Shown: positions 15,884 through 26,221 of the stretch, one piece after another
Layout of the letters: the number at the start of each line of letters is the position of its first letter
Position numbering within the stretch: position 1 is the first letter of the stretch
Origin: a virus
Lineage: Duplodnaviria; Caudoviricetes
Direction: 5' to 3' (one strand)
Length of the DNA stretch: 40,657 nucleotides
Virus record (IMG/VR): IMGVR_UViG_3300012953_000068
Span: 1-40,657 of that record
The notes under the pieces: generated by a model
Told to the model about the DNA's origin: nothing
What the model saw: the letters and a program-made list of their open reading frames with translations, nothing else
The model's database searches: none
Position numbers and translations under genes: made by a program

Positions 15884-18800
15884 CTAATCATTCTTTGCGT
15901 TAGCAATAGACTCCATTGTATTTCTAAGAGACCTATTGGTAGCAGAGCCATTATAGGTCATAGTCAGTGTAGTTTCAAAGTTACCCGGGCCAAGCGTGTG
16001 CTGAATTCCTGTAACGTAGTAAAAATTATCCGCTGTGGTTCCAGTTCCCATATCAATATAATATTTCTCAGCATATCGAACGTTTGGATATCCTGCTATC
16101 CTTAGGGTTGCACGTGTTGGAACAATAAATATATCATCAAGTCCTGCAGAAGGTTGTGCTTCTCCGCCTAAAGAGGTCCTGCTAGATTCAATAGCATTTA
16201 GAAGAAGTACTTGACCAACTGCACCGCCCGTATTGGAAGACATTCCAATACTTTTAACATTAGTGTACTGAGATCCGAAATCAATGTGTGGATATATTGA
16301 CTTTATCGCCTCTTTTATGACTTCGGCGGGGCCACTATTGACAAATATTAGCTGCGCAGGTCTATTGGTAGCTGTGTCTTCGTCTACAGTTCTCGTCTCA
16401 ATCAGGCCCTGTTCTAGCAAGCGCTCCTGGATTTTTTCTCCCCTGGAAGCTTGCGCATCTTTTGCAGCCTGCGCTGTCTGCCTCTCAACGGTGTGCTCTT
16501 CGTCTGCATCAATATCTGGGCCGTCAGAGCCGTCAGCTTCGATTTTAAGGGCAACCCGGCCTGAAGTTACCATGCTCTGCAAAAGCTCGGCCTCAACTGG
16601 AATTCCCGCTTTTGCATCATAAACATGGATTCTAACACACTGCTTCTCCCGTCTGTTCACAATGCCGCCATCTCTTTCTCGCATAGGCAGGCACTCAATA
16701 AATATGTTAAGATCTGGAATAGTAAAGATAGGCTGCCTGCCTGGAGACTTATAAAGCTTCGTAAGCCTCTCTGCCTTATCTTTAAGAAATTGTTGTCTTG
16801 CTGCTTCCTTACTCTCTTCCTCCATACCCTCAAGTGCTTCCGGGCTGATCCTCCTGTAGAGGTCAGCAAGACCGTAATTTGGGTGCCCAGGATTTTCAGG
16901 ACCACAAGTATCACTAAAAAGCTGTTCAGCAAAACTAGAGCAAGACACCCTAGGATTCTCAATATCAAGACCGACAATGAATGAGTCAAAACCGATTAAC
17001 GGAAATCTCGCAATATTGACGTCAGCCATCCTGCCTGCCTGAGAGTTGAATGGATAAAATATCATTTGAACTTCATCATACTTTCCAATGGCCTGGAGCG
17101 GTCGACCGACGTAAGCCATCATTGCTGAGCCTAGGCTCGGATTTAAACTGCCTCTATTTTTATCCTCCAGGGCTCTCGCCTTGTTGATATTCTCAAAGTG
17201 TTCTGCAATATTAGCTGCTGATGCTCCGCTTACCAGGGCCATGAGGGCTGTCATCGTAGCTTGCTGAGCTGCTCTTGCAAGATTCCTAGCTTCGTCTTCA
17301 GCTCCAACGACAGTAAAACCATCCTCAAAAATATCAATTGATCTAAGAAGCAGGGCTTTTTGTGATAATTGCATCCCGAGTGTCTCACTAATACTAGTAT
17401 CACCCTCTGCGGAAATTTCATAGATGTCTTTAATAATCTCTACCCCTAGGGCAATTGCTGCAGATCTATCAGCAGTCGCGCCAGCGTCAGTTAACTCAGG
17501 TCGAAGGACATTTAAAAGTTCACGATATTTATCAAGTGGGATCTGCGCAGCGGGAGATGTCATCGAGCTTAGTGCACTATATCCGTTTTGAATCTCAGTT
17601 AGCCTAGCCTCAGACAGCTTTGCGACAGGACTCATGTTACCCTCTTTTAATCCTTCTTCTGCTGACTGCAAAACTCCTGAATAGCCTGCAGCATTGTCAG
17701 CAATCTGTTCGGTAAGAGGGCCCAGGAATGGCTGTAGGACATAAGCCGGGACGTGGCTGACACCCGATGCCGCAGGTAAGTTTACTAGCTCAGTAACGCC
17801 TCTTGATGCTAATTTTAATCTAACTTTAACCTGACCGTCTTCCATCATTGAAGTGTCGGCCATCTGAATGTTAAATGATGACCTGGACCTAAGGGAATTT
17901 AAAAAATTCGCGTAAACGTTACCTGAGTTTGTAGATGTTGCTTGCGGGTGTGACCAGCCAAACTCAATATTTAAGTAAGTTGAGGCGAAAGTTGATGCGC
18001 CAACAAGAGGCGCTATCATTCGAAGCTGAGAGCGATCATGTAAAACAAACTCAAGTGCTGCAGTCTTGTTACAAAGTGTTGATAAGCCTAATCCAGAAAC
18101 TTCGACAGTTAATGAAGTGAGTGTGGCAAGCGGGACCGTGGGGTTTAGGCCTCCGCCACCGCCAATCTTATTCATTGTCTGCGGGGCTTGAAATAATTCA
18201 ATTCCCGAAGCAGCGATCCTTCTGGTGTTAACTTCAAACTCAGTAGCCTCAGTTGTTGTCGGATCAAGTGCTTCGCCTTTCACAGCTTTGTTAACAACAG
18301 AGTCCCACCACTGACCAAGATCTCTCTCAGCTGTTAGAGTTTGAAAGTCGATTCCTGAGTTCGAGTCTCCAAAATAACCCCGATCCTTGGATGAAGGGCT
18401 CTCGCCTGTGAAGCCGAATAGTGACATAAGCCGACCACCGTTTGTGAGAAAGTTACCCTCAGAGACAATATCAATTGAGATGTAGGGAACACACTGCGAC
18501 ATCTCATGTGTGGGAATTGCATTCATGAATATGGAGCCCGCGCGGGACATGGCGTTCGCCGGACATAGCCTGGGAGAATTTAGCATGATTGCAGAAAGAT
18601 ACGGGTTGTTAACAGCATCAGAGGGACCTGGCTCGTTTCCGCCCATGGGCCTGGATCTCTTCTCCTCAAGCCCCATGCTTCCTGAGCCCTGTTTAAGAGG
18701 GTTGTCCACAAGATATCCGCACTGATCCATCACACCAAATTTATCTTGTGTTGTTGTTTCACATACACCGCTGGGAAGCCAGTTCTCAAATTTAACTGCA

Positions 18801-19150
18801 ACTAGCCTGTTAAGCTCATCGCCAAGCTTGACACAGTTTAGATCAATTTCTTCTGTCAGGTCCTCAATTCCCAGGGCACCTGAGCTAGTATCCTGAAATA
18901 GTGACCTAAGCTTCTGGTAAGCCTCAGCGCCAACTTGCATCTCAGCGATTTCTGCCTCACCGAGTTCAATTTCTCCTGTGCCCTCACCCTGATAGGCTGA
19001 ATAATCTGAGATGACGTTTATACTATCTGTAGAGTAAAATCTAATTAGCTCACGTGTGGCAAAATCCAGCCTGCTCGAGGGTGGCGGAAACCCACTAATA
19101 TCGTAAGCCCCGCCCGACCACCACTCTTTTATTTCACCTTTAAAACCCAT
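15884..19150 (-). CDS. Large putative baseplate hub protein (gp27/gpD-like C-terminus)
   Basis: LNIEFGWSHP motif and C-terminal ATLRIAGYP...YIDMGTGT...YYVTGIQHTL...FETTLTM pattern typical of hub proteins. Position after the LysM-like gene. Confidence 0.55.
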   Translation of the reverse strand: MGFKGEIKEWWSGGAYDISGFPPPSSRLDFATRELIRFYSTDSINVISDYSAYQGEGTGEIELGEAEIAEMQVGAEAYQKLRSLFQDTSSGALGIEDLTEEIDLNCVKLGDELNRLVAVKFENWLPSGVCETTTQDKFGVMDQCGYLVDNPLKQGSGSMGLEEKRSRPMGGNEPGPSDAVNNPYLSAIMLNSPRLCPANAMSRAGSIFMNAIPTHEMSQCVPYISIDIVSEGNFLTNGGRLMSLFGFTGESPSSKDRGYFGDSNSGIDFQTLTAERDLGQWWDSVVNKAVKGEALDPTTTEATEFEVNTRRIAASGIELFQAPQTMNKIGGGGGLNPTVPLATLTSLTVEVSGLGLSTLCNKTAALEFVLHDRSQLRMIAPLVGASTFASTYLNIEFGWSHPQATSTNSGNVYANFLNSLRSRSSFNIQMADTSMMEDGQVKVRLKLASRGVTELVNLPAASGVSHVPAYVLQPFLGPLTEQIADNAAGYSGVLQSAEEGLKEGNMSPVAKLSEARLTEIQNGYSALSSMTSPAAQIPLDKYRELLNVLRPELTDAGATADRSAAIALGVEIIKDIYEISAEGDTSISETLGMQLSQKALLLRSIDIFEDGFTVVGAEDEARNLARAAQQATMTALMALVSGASAANIAEHFENINKARALEDKNRGSLNPSLGSAMMAYVGRPLQAIGKYDEVQMIFYPFNSQAGRMADVNIARFPLIGFDSFIVGLDIENPRVSCSSFAEQLFSDTCGPENPGHPNYGLADLYRRISPEALEGMEEESKEAARQQFLKDKAERLTKLYKSPGRQPIFTIPDLNIFIECLPMRERDGGIVNRREKQCVRIHVYDAKAGIPVEAELLQSMVTSGRVALKIEADGSDGPDIDADEEHTVERQTAQAAKDAQASRGEKIQERLLEQGLIETRTVDEDTATNRPAQLIFVNSGPAEVIKEAIKSIYPHIDFGSQYTNVKSIGMSSNTGGAVGQVLLLNAIESSRTSLGGEAQPSAGLDDIFIVPTRATLRIAGYPNVRYAEKYYIDMGTGTTADNFYYVTGIQHTLGPGNFETTLTMTYNGSATNRSLRNTMESIANAKND

Positions 19151-19158
19151 AGCCTATC

Positions 19159-19449
19159 TCACAAGTTAAAGATCGATGATAACTGGTTTGGAATTCGAAT
19201 GATAGTGCCTCTTGGAACTTGTAGACCCCAGCCAATACCAGATGCTGCTGCTATGACCCACCAGTAGTCTGGTGAACCGTAAGTTTCAGCGGAAATAATG
19301 TCAAGCCTCTCTCCCAGCTCGACTTTTCTAGACTGGAACGGGATCGCACCTCGCATAACTGCTAAGTATATCTTGCTTGAAATTCTCGGATTAGACTTTC
19401 CTTGACCCCCATCGATTAAGTTAGCGTAAGTGTATCTTCCCAGTGACAT
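19159..19449 (-). CDS. LysM-like baseplate protein (gp53/gpX-like)
   Basis: GERLDIISAETYGSPDYWWVIAAAS...VPRGTIIRIP. Confidence 0.8.
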   Translation of the reverse strand: MSLGRYTYANLIDGGQGKSNPRISSKIYLAVMRGAIPFQSRKVELGERLDIISAETYGSPDYWWVIAAASGIGWGLQVPRGTIIRIPNQLSSIFNL

Positions 19450-19466
19450 TTTCTATATTTCTCCCA

Positions 19467-22400
19467 CTAATTCTTCTTTAATTTCTGTGCACCTGCTAGG
19501 GCTGATCTCTTGTAGGTGTTCTTAGATGCACCACCCTCGTCAGAATCAGCATCACCCATGGCGGCATTATTAATTGCACCGACATTGTAGGCCGGCCCTC
19601 TGTTGTAACCACCGTGGTCCAGACCTGGAACCATATCATGAATCACATCAAACGTAACATTGACCTTGGCAACTTTTGGTGCACGGGATCCCCAGTCAAC
19701 CTCCCAAGTTGAGGTATTATCAATCCAGTCGTACGATAGGCTCTGTATGACACCGGCTAGCCCTCGACCGCCTGATTCTTCAAATGCACGCGTAATACTG
19801 TTGTTAACAGGATGCATAAACTCTTTTGCATCAGTCGTAAGAAGGTTAAGCTGGTCAGCTGGAACACCAGTCGCGGTGGCCACCGTATCATAGGCTAGCT
19901 GCTGGACGACACCATTAGCGAATCCCATCGCGTCAAGGTATGGGGCAACACGGGCCATAAAGAGAATATCTGGGTCAGACATTAAGTCATCGTGCCAGAC
20001 AGTAAGTCTAGTTTCTTCGCCTATTTTTGGGGCATTAAGATCGTTAAATACAACATCATACTGAAGCTTAGTTCTTGCGAGATCTGCCCCGCCTATGCCC
20101 GATGAGTAAGACCCTTCGCTCGTCTCTCCTAGTTTTACTGAGTCAATGTTAACTACACGCTTAGCAACAACTTTGACCCGATACGGGGCAACTGTGCGAA
20201 TTCTGTTACCTGTCTTCCTAGGTTGACCGCCTACGTTTGTTGTAATATAATAACCTCCGTCAACGCTAGCTTTTAGAATAGGTCTTGGGCCGCCAGAGAA
20301 CAGTCCACCAGCGTTGTAGCCGTTCGACTCACTAGTATTCCCAGAGTCTCTAAGATTTCTCGACTGCTTCTCTAGAAATTCTTGGACTGTGTTACCACTC
20401 GGTAACGGAGACAGAACCTTGTTGTCAGGATTTTCAAACTCGCTGAGAATCAACCTCGCACCAATCGGGTTTACAATACCACTGCCGCCAAGTGCTTTCA
20501 TTCCCACTCCAATAAGAGTTCTCAGTAGAACATCTCCACGGCCGCCACCGGCCCCGCCGGAACCTCCGGCAACTGACCCGGGTAGCAATGATAAGGGCGA
20601 CCCAAACATAATGTTAAACACGTAGTCAAGCTGAATGTCAGTCATTATCTTGCGCAGGTCGATGCCAAAGATTTTATTGTCCATGTTTGCTCCTGGCACG
20701 AGCGCAGAAGCCATCGCACCGGTGTACGTATCATCAGCCAGCTGAAATCCTGTGTCTGTCCCTATGCCAAAAACTCTTGCCAGGTTAAATCGGGAGTAGT
20801 TACTCTTGATGACGTCTCCAATTCTAAGCCTGATAAGAGGAGTTGCAGCCATTTTTTGAGAGAAGGGCTGCGTTATAACATTTCCCAAAGCATCAAACAT
20901 GCGCGTGCCTGGTGTCCAGGATGGATAGACCATCGTGGTCAGCTTGTTAATCTTAAACCACATCTCGTCAAAATCTTCTTTCGACGTAGCAGCAACGTAG
21001 AAGCTAAAGGTTACAGTACGCTTTGTATCCTTGTAAGTGTACACTGGATCGACCCTACCGTATCCCGATGTTGCAGTGAAACTTGGCTGGTAGCTGTCAC
21101 TAAGATTGTTTAAAAATGCGTGAAATCCAACTATCTCGTTTGTTCTCACATCGTGGAAGTAAAAAGGTACGTACTCAGCATCCAGCTCATTTTCAATCGA
21201 TCTTCTGACGTCTGTCGGTATTCTCGACCTGGTCTCTTTTGGCTCGCCGAACCCAGCCCCGAAGCCGTTAATGTCAATATAGGTCTTTTCGATCAAGGGC
21301 GTTGCAGTGTGTGCCTTGACTGGGTTTCCTCCGTAGGCAAGGGTATTCATTTCAACAACAGCTTTAACCACATTTCTAGGCAATAGGTAGAGAGAGGGCG
21401 CTGTGCTACCTCGCCAGGCGAGAGAATTTGAGGTCTGGCCTGTTCTGGATCTACTCTTGGACTGTCGGGTCTGGCCAGAATCTGCCAATATGTCAACATT
21501 AAAAGGCCTCGGAACTGTCCCGGGAATTGATTCTGGGTCTGTCTCTCCGCCCCTACTAATGAGCACCTTGTCTCCAATCTGAGCAATTGTGCTGATGAAG
21601 CCAACGACACCTGTTCTCGCTAACAGGCCAAATATCTCAACACCCGATGCATCGGGGTCTGAAGTGTAAGCTTCGACAGCATCATCAAGTGCAGAAGCTC
21701 TCTCCTCAAACCTTCGGATGATTGTTCTGCCTATGGAATACCAGAATCCAGATGAGTCGTTTACTATCTGATATTTATTAACATCAGCTGACTTGGTCGC
21801 TGCCGAATCCTCGTCGATATCATCAAAGGTTGCTCCAAATAGAAGCTGTGTACCTGCATTTAAGCATTTAGTGAGCGAGAATTGAGTTTCAGGTAGCAAA
21901 TACCTGTTGAACATCTGCGTCTTAGCATCAGCAGCAAACCTGATGGCTTGACCGGGAATTCCGTGAGATCTACCTAGATTAATACCGTTAGAGGTGTAAG
22001 ATGACATTGTTAACTTATCTTTGGCACTCTTTGCTGCAAATATCATTGCCAGGACTACGGCAGCTGCCCTAAGCTTGACTGTTTGATTTGAATTATTGCT
22101 GAATTGTAAATTACTATCGTAACTGTTTCCGTAAGACTTTCTTGAACCTCCGGTTTCAAAAGCGCCTCCCTCAAAAGGTGAAGCTACCTGCCCAGGTATC
22201 GTAGGCGCACCAAATGAATTTTTTGCCCTAGGGTACTTTGCCGAAGCCTCTTTTGTGAGAGAAGAAATTGTTGCCACACCTGAAACTGTTGCGTTATTAT
22301 ACGGATAAGTATTAGGATCAGTCGCAGTAGCGGGAGAGTCTGACCAATCGAGGCCGATTGCTTGCAACATCATAGATCGAGCAACGTTGACGAGATGGTC

Positions 22401-23225
22401 ATTTTTCATGACCGGCCCGTCCTTATCAAACACACCAAATTTTGTCTGGGCTGTTCGGGTACCAACACCATCTGTGCCATCTTCTATGGCAGTGTCTAAA
22501 TCACTCGAGTCAAAAGGTGCGAATGCTCGTGAGTCTTCAGTGTTAAACCTGTTCCTGGCACCAAGCATGGTCTGAACACCTGCGATTGAATTTTGCTCCG
22601 CATCCTCATCTGTAGTAGCTATAAAGGTTGTATCTCCTGAGCTTGGCTCGTTACCTGTAATTGATGGCAGGAGTTTATTACCCGTATGAGGCCCTGGCCC
22701 TGTATCGGCTTCTGGGTCCAGAGCATTAAGTTTTGTAACGATGCTGGCCAAAGTATCCACACCGGTTGTATTCTGAAAATATCCGCTGTCTGAGTATTTT
22801 GACATGGAGGCTCCCATGCCACTAGTATCTGAGCCGTCTGTTTTGATAAAAACATTGTTACCATTAGCAGTTTCTGCTGAAGTAAGAGAGCGCCCAGTTC
22901 CGTCGGGAAGAATATGGGAAAGCCCGGGTGCAGGGATAGCGCCACCCTTTATCTCATAATAACTTTTAGCATCCTTGCTGAGGTAGTTCAAAAAGTCATT
23001 AATTAAGCTTAAGCCTGGCTGACCCTCAATCACACCAGCCGCATTATGACCTATGAGAGGCTTACCGGAAATTGCCTCTCTGCCTAGATCATCGCCCTTG
23101 TTGAGAATATTGTCACCGTCAAAATTTGTCGGGCTATACGTTATTCTCGTCTGATCAGTATCAGGTGTGTAGGGCTCACCATCTAAACCGTTTAGAAGAA
23201 AATGTTTTAATTTTTCTCTAGCCAT
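19467..23225 (-). CDS. Large baseplate protein with C-terminal tail-tube-initiator (gp48/gp54-like) domain
   Basis: FHAFLNNLSDSY...GYGRVDPVYTYKDTKRTVTFSF...KINKL...YP...PLIRLRIGD, later GVIQSLSYDW...WE...PKVAKVNVTFDVIH. Located between tape measure and LysM genes. Confidence 0.6.
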   Translation of the reverse strand: MAREKLKHFLLNGLDGEPYTPDTDQTRITYSPTNFDGDNILNKGDDLGREAISGKPLIGHNAAGVIEGQPGLSLINDFLNYLSKDAKSYYEIKGGAIPAPGLSHILPDGTGRSLTSAETANGNNVFIKTDGSDTSGMGASMSKYSDSGYFQNTTGVDTLASIVTKLNALDPEADTGPGPHTGNKLLPSITGNEPSSGDTTFIATTDEDAEQNSIAGVQTMLGARNRFNTEDSRAFAPFDSSDLDTAIEDGTDGVGTRTAQTKFGVFDKDGPVMKNDHLVNVARSMMLQAIGLDWSDSPATATDPNTYPYNNATVSGVATISSLTKEASAKYPRAKNSFGAPTIPGQVASPFEGGAFETGGSRKSYGNSYDSNLQFSNNSNQTVKLRAAAVVLAMIFAAKSAKDKLTMSSYTSNGINLGRSHGIPGQAIRFAADAKTQMFNRYLLPETQFSLTKCLNAGTQLLFGATFDDIDEDSAATKSADVNKYQIVNDSSGFWYSIGRTIIRRFEERASALDDAVEAYTSDPDASGVEIFGLLARTGVVGFISTIAQIGDKVLISRGGETDPESIPGTVPRPFNVDILADSGQTRQSKSRSRTGQTSNSLAWRGSTAPSLYLLPRNVVKAVVEMNTLAYGGNPVKAHTATPLIEKTYIDINGFGAGFGEPKETRSRIPTDVRRSIENELDAEYVPFYFHDVRTNEIVGFHAFLNNLSDSYQPSFTATSGYGRVDPVYTYKDTKRTVTFSFYVAATSKEDFDEMWFKINKLTTMVYPSWTPGTRMFDALGNVITQPFSQKMAATPLIRLRIGDVIKSNYSRFNLARVFGIGTDTGFQLADDTYTGAMASALVPGANMDNKIFGIDLRKIMTDIQLDYVFNIMFGSPLSLLPGSVAGGSGGAGGGRGDVLLRTLIGVGMKALGGSGIVNPIGARLILSEFENPDNKVLSPLPSGNTVQEFLEKQSRNLRDSGNTSESNGYNAGGLFSGGPRPILKASVDGGYYITTNVGGQPRKTGNRIRTVAPYRVKVVAKRVVNIDSVKLGETSEGSYSSGIGGADLARTKLQYDVVFNDLNAPKIGEETRLTVWHDDLMSDPDILFMARVAPYLDAMGFANGVVQQLAYDTVATATGVPADQLNLLTTDAKEFMHPVNNSITRAFEESGGRGLAGVIQSLSYDWIDNTSTWEVDWGSRAPKVAKVNVTFDVIHDMVPGLDHGGYNRGPAYNVGAINNAAMGDADSDEGGASKNTYKRSALAGAQKLKKN

Positions 23226-23458
23226 TCATCAACCTCCTTGGTGCCTTCCTCAGAAAGAATGTGATTTAGCGTCGATGCTAACATCTCTGCTGAATCATCT
23301 GTTGCCCCTAAGTTATGTATTAAGGACACAAGATTATCAACCGGTCCCAGGGTATCTTGCATCCACTTGTCAAAACCCGCCATCTCTTCTTCAGAGAGAT
23401 CCTTTGAAAGGTGCTTAATAAGTTCAGAATTTTTTACTTGATCTAGAATTCCTTTCAT
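23207..23458 (-). CDS. Hypothetical 83-aa acidic helical protein
   Basis: Fills the gap between the tape measure candidate and the next gene, on the same strand. Confidence 0.55.
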   Translation of the reverse strand: MKGILDQVKNSELIKHLSKDLSEEEMAGFDKWMQDTLGPVDNLVSLIHNLGATDDSAEMLASTLNHILSEEGTKEVDEWLEKN

Positions 23459-23465
23459 ACTGTTA

Positions 23466-25886
23466 TCACCCCTTTGTTGTGACTTCGAAAGTTACACCAT
23501 TGCCGCCTGCGTCGACGTTGTGATTTCCAATCTGATTAATAACAGATCGCGCAATGGTCGCACCGTCTAAATTAATATCAGCTGGCACCATTGCCATCTC
23601 AACGACAATATTTATAGGCTTCTGCTCTTCATTCTGTTTATCAAGAGCTTGGCGAATCGCAGCTAGCTCAGCTAGCTGACCATCAAGTGCTTGGACTCCG
23701 TCAGCAGAAGCTGTAGACCCTTCAGTCTGGGCTGTAGGTGCAGCAGCACTCTGGTCTAGGCGCTGATCTACAAGATTTCTAAAGATAACGTCAGATCCAC
23801 CCTCGGCGATATCTCCACCACCCTCGGCCATGCCGGCGCGAAGTGCTTGCTCTGAAACATTGTAGTCCTCTGCAATCCGACGAATGCGACCTTCTAGGAA
23901 GTCAGCCCCGCCTGGACCTTGTGAGAGTGCCTGTGCCTGGTCAAGAACTCTAAGGATCTCTCGGGAAAGATTTCTCTCAGATGTATTGGCCAGATTATCA
24001 TTAAATAGTTTTCTCAAAGTATCTTCGGCAACTTCTTCTGCAAGATCAAGCTCTCTTGCAAGCTCCTCTCTTCTCGTTTGAGACAGGCTTTCAAATGCGA
24101 TTCCTAGGGCTCCCGTGTGTCTCTCAAGTATTTCTGTACCATACATTTCCAGCGCAGCTACACCGTCGAAAGCGGTCATAAAGCTGTTGCCCATTAAGAC
24201 AAGCCTTTCATCAATCTCTTGCTGGGTTATCTCTAAAGCTTCTGTCAAGTCTTGGTGTATATTTTCACCAGGTGTGTTGCCTTGTGGATCTCGGAATGGG
24301 ACAGACTCACCAAATCGCTCAACCATGTCATCCAGTAATTCACCGGCGACCTGGTTCATGTCTCGAGTCCCGCGAATAATCTCTTCTTGAACTTCAGCTT
24401 GCTGTCCAGAGAACCTCTCCATTACCTGGCCAGACTCACCATAGACTTCACCTAGCTTGGTTCCTTCTCGAACAAGATTTCCAATACCCTGTGCACCAAT
24501 TTCAAGTGTACCCTTTAGCTCTTCGATCTGCGTGGCGACTGCGAGAATATCTCTCTGCAAGCCCATCCGTAATGCATCGAAGGAGGCTTCACGAAGCCTG
24601 TCTAGGGTATCAGCAGTACCTGTACCAAATTGTCTTACCTGATCTTCAAGCTCTTTGACAGCATCTTCAAAATCTCCAGCTCCCATTTGAGTCTGAGCAG
24701 TTAGATCTTCCAAGCTTTGAAGATCAGCTGTCGGGTCAAAGAGTCTGGTAACAGCGCTGACAGATGATAGACCAAGCTGCTGCTGAACAAGTCGCTGCTC
24801 TGCCAGGGTCATGTCCTCAGCTGCCTTGCCTGTGGCTAAGAATTGATCTCTAACATAGTTTAAGAAATCCATTCTATCCGGAGAGTTAGCTAGCCTCATT
24901 GCCTCCATTGCGTCAAGGTGAACACCAAATACTGTAGTTAGAGCTGATACGCTTTGTGCAGCAGAGTCGAATGAGAAGAACTTGTCAACCATTCCGTTAA
25001 GCTCTTGATAATCTAGCCCTAGAACTCTAAGAGATGCACCAATCTGAGCCATCTCTACCTCAGAAACATTACCGTAGCGCTCTGTATCCTTGGTGAGTGC
25101 CTCAATTATATTTAAAATTTCCTTACCAGAATCACCAGTAATGGCAGCTGCTCGGGTTGCAAATACAGCTGATGTTCTTAGCATCTCTCCGGCATCTCTA
25201 CCTAGATCAATTTCACGAGACAGGAAAGTTGTAATTTGACTTCGGTTGAGATCCATTCTCTCACCGAAAATAGCAGCTTCCTCTACTAGCTCAGCTGATA
25301 CCCTGCTGGCAAATCTAAATCCGTCTGCTGAACCTCGAACTCCTTCAGACATGGCTTCGATAGCGCCCTGTGCCTCTTTCGCGTCACCTACAATGGCTTT
25401 TAAGCTAACGCCTAGACCGCGAACACGCTCATTGCCTTCCTGGTTAACCCCTGCTAGTCTCTCCTGAAACTCAATGTAGGCATTTGCATATTCGTTGACA
25501 AATCCTGTACCTCGCCTGAAGTTTTCACCGGCACCGCCAGCAAGACCTCCAAACTGGTTTTGAAGCTCCTGCATTCTTCTGAGCATAGTGTCATCTGTTA
25601 GACCTAAAAACTCTTTTTCAATTTGCTGCAGCTGACTAACTATTGGGAGCTGATCGAATTCACCAAAGGCTTCCTCGATCATATCAACTATTTCAGAGCC
25701 GTAAAAATCCCGTCTTTGCCCCTGCTGGCGACGCCGCTGTCTCTGGCGCTGAGTTGCATCTCTCTCTACGTCTCGCTGGCTTCCACCGCTAGGTGAAAAA
25801 TCTGCATCAGAAAAACCCTGAGAGACAGCAGACGCAATATCGTCTACCAAATTGTTATACTGTTCCGGAGTTAGTACGCTGCCCAT
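23466..25886 (-). CDS. Putative tail tape measure protein
   Basis: 806-aa Ala/Glu/Gln/Leu-rich helical sequence directly downstream of the tube and chaperone genes. Contains a FFSFDSAAQSVSALTTVFG segment and an INLDGATIA-type C-terminal motif. Confidence 0.7.
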   Translation of the reverse strand: MGSVLTPEQYNNLVDDIASAVSQGFSDADFSPSGGSQRDVERDATQRQRQRRRQQGQRRDFYGSEIVDMIEEAFGEFDQLPIVSQLQQIEKEFLGLTDDTMLRRMQELQNQFGGLAGGAGENFRRGTGFVNEYANAYIEFQERLAGVNQEGNERVRGLGVSLKAIVGDAKEAQGAIEAMSEGVRGSADGFRFASRVSAELVEEAAIFGERMDLNRSQITTFLSREIDLGRDAGEMLRTSAVFATRAAAITGDSGKEILNIIEALTKDTERYGNVSEVEMAQIGASLRVLGLDYQELNGMVDKFFSFDSAAQSVSALTTVFGVHLDAMEAMRLANSPDRMDFLNYVRDQFLATGKAAEDMTLAEQRLVQQQLGLSSVSAVTRLFDPTADLQSLEDLTAQTQMGAGDFEDAVKELEDQVRQFGTGTADTLDRLREASFDALRMGLQRDILAVATQIEELKGTLEIGAQGIGNLVREGTKLGEVYGESGQVMERFSGQQAEVQEEIIRGTRDMNQVAGELLDDMVERFGESVPFRDPQGNTPGENIHQDLTEALEITQQEIDERLVLMGNSFMTAFDGVAALEMYGTEILERHTGALGIAFESLSQTRREELARELDLAEEVAEDTLRKLFNDNLANTSERNLSREILRVLDQAQALSQGPGGADFLEGRIRRIAEDYNVSEQALRAGMAEGGGDIAEGGSDVIFRNLVDQRLDQSAAAPTAQTEGSTASADGVQALDGQLAELAAIRQALDKQNEEQKPINIVVEMAMVPADINLDGATIARSVINQIGNHNVDAGGNGVTFEVTTKG

Positions 25887-25894
25887 CTTATAGA

Positions 25895-25902
25895 TTAAAT
25901 AT
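25895..25902 (-). promoter_or_regulatory. Putative late promoter motif ATATTTAA
   Basis: ATANTTAW match 8 nt upstream of the tape measure ATG. Confidence 0.55.
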
Positions 25903-25915
25903 GCAGTTCAAAAGT

Positions 25916-26221
25916 TTACTTGTCCCTAAATTTTAAGGTTCTAGGAGCCTGGGGCTGTCCTGGGCTATTCTGCATCATAGAATCCATTACTTCACCCATC
26001 GGGATATCGACAAGGCCCTTGCTATCATCACTGGCTTTCTTCTGCGCGTCTGAGCGCTTTTTAAACTCATCAGAAAGACGAGTTATAAACCACCTTCGAT
26101 AAGGCAATGGTAAACTTCTAATATCGCTATAGGTCATCTTAAGGTGGTACTGGAGGAGAAAAGCTTCTTCAAGAAAGACTTCTCTATCCGTGCTACTCAG
26201 GCCAAAAAAAGTTGGCGCCAA
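25916..26221 (-). CDS. gp51-like tail/hub assembly chaperone C-terminal ORF, probably expressed as a frameshift extension of the upstream gene
   Basis: FLLQYHLKMTYSDIRSLPLPYRRWFITRL resembles the short gp51-like ORFs of T4-like marine phages. It has only a TTG start without SD and overlaps the upstream gene across a T7 run. Confidence 0.65.
   Translation of the reverse strand: MAPTFFGLSSTDREVFLEEAFLLQYHLKMTYSDIRSLPLPYRRWFITRLSDEFKKRSDAQKKASDDSKGLVDIPMGEVMDSMMQNSPGQPQAPRTLKFRDK

Noticed and set aside
25713-25753. Short repeat-like DNA encoding QRQRQRRRQQGQRR
   Set aside because: This is low-complexity coding sequence in the tape measure N-terminus, not a regular tandem repeat.
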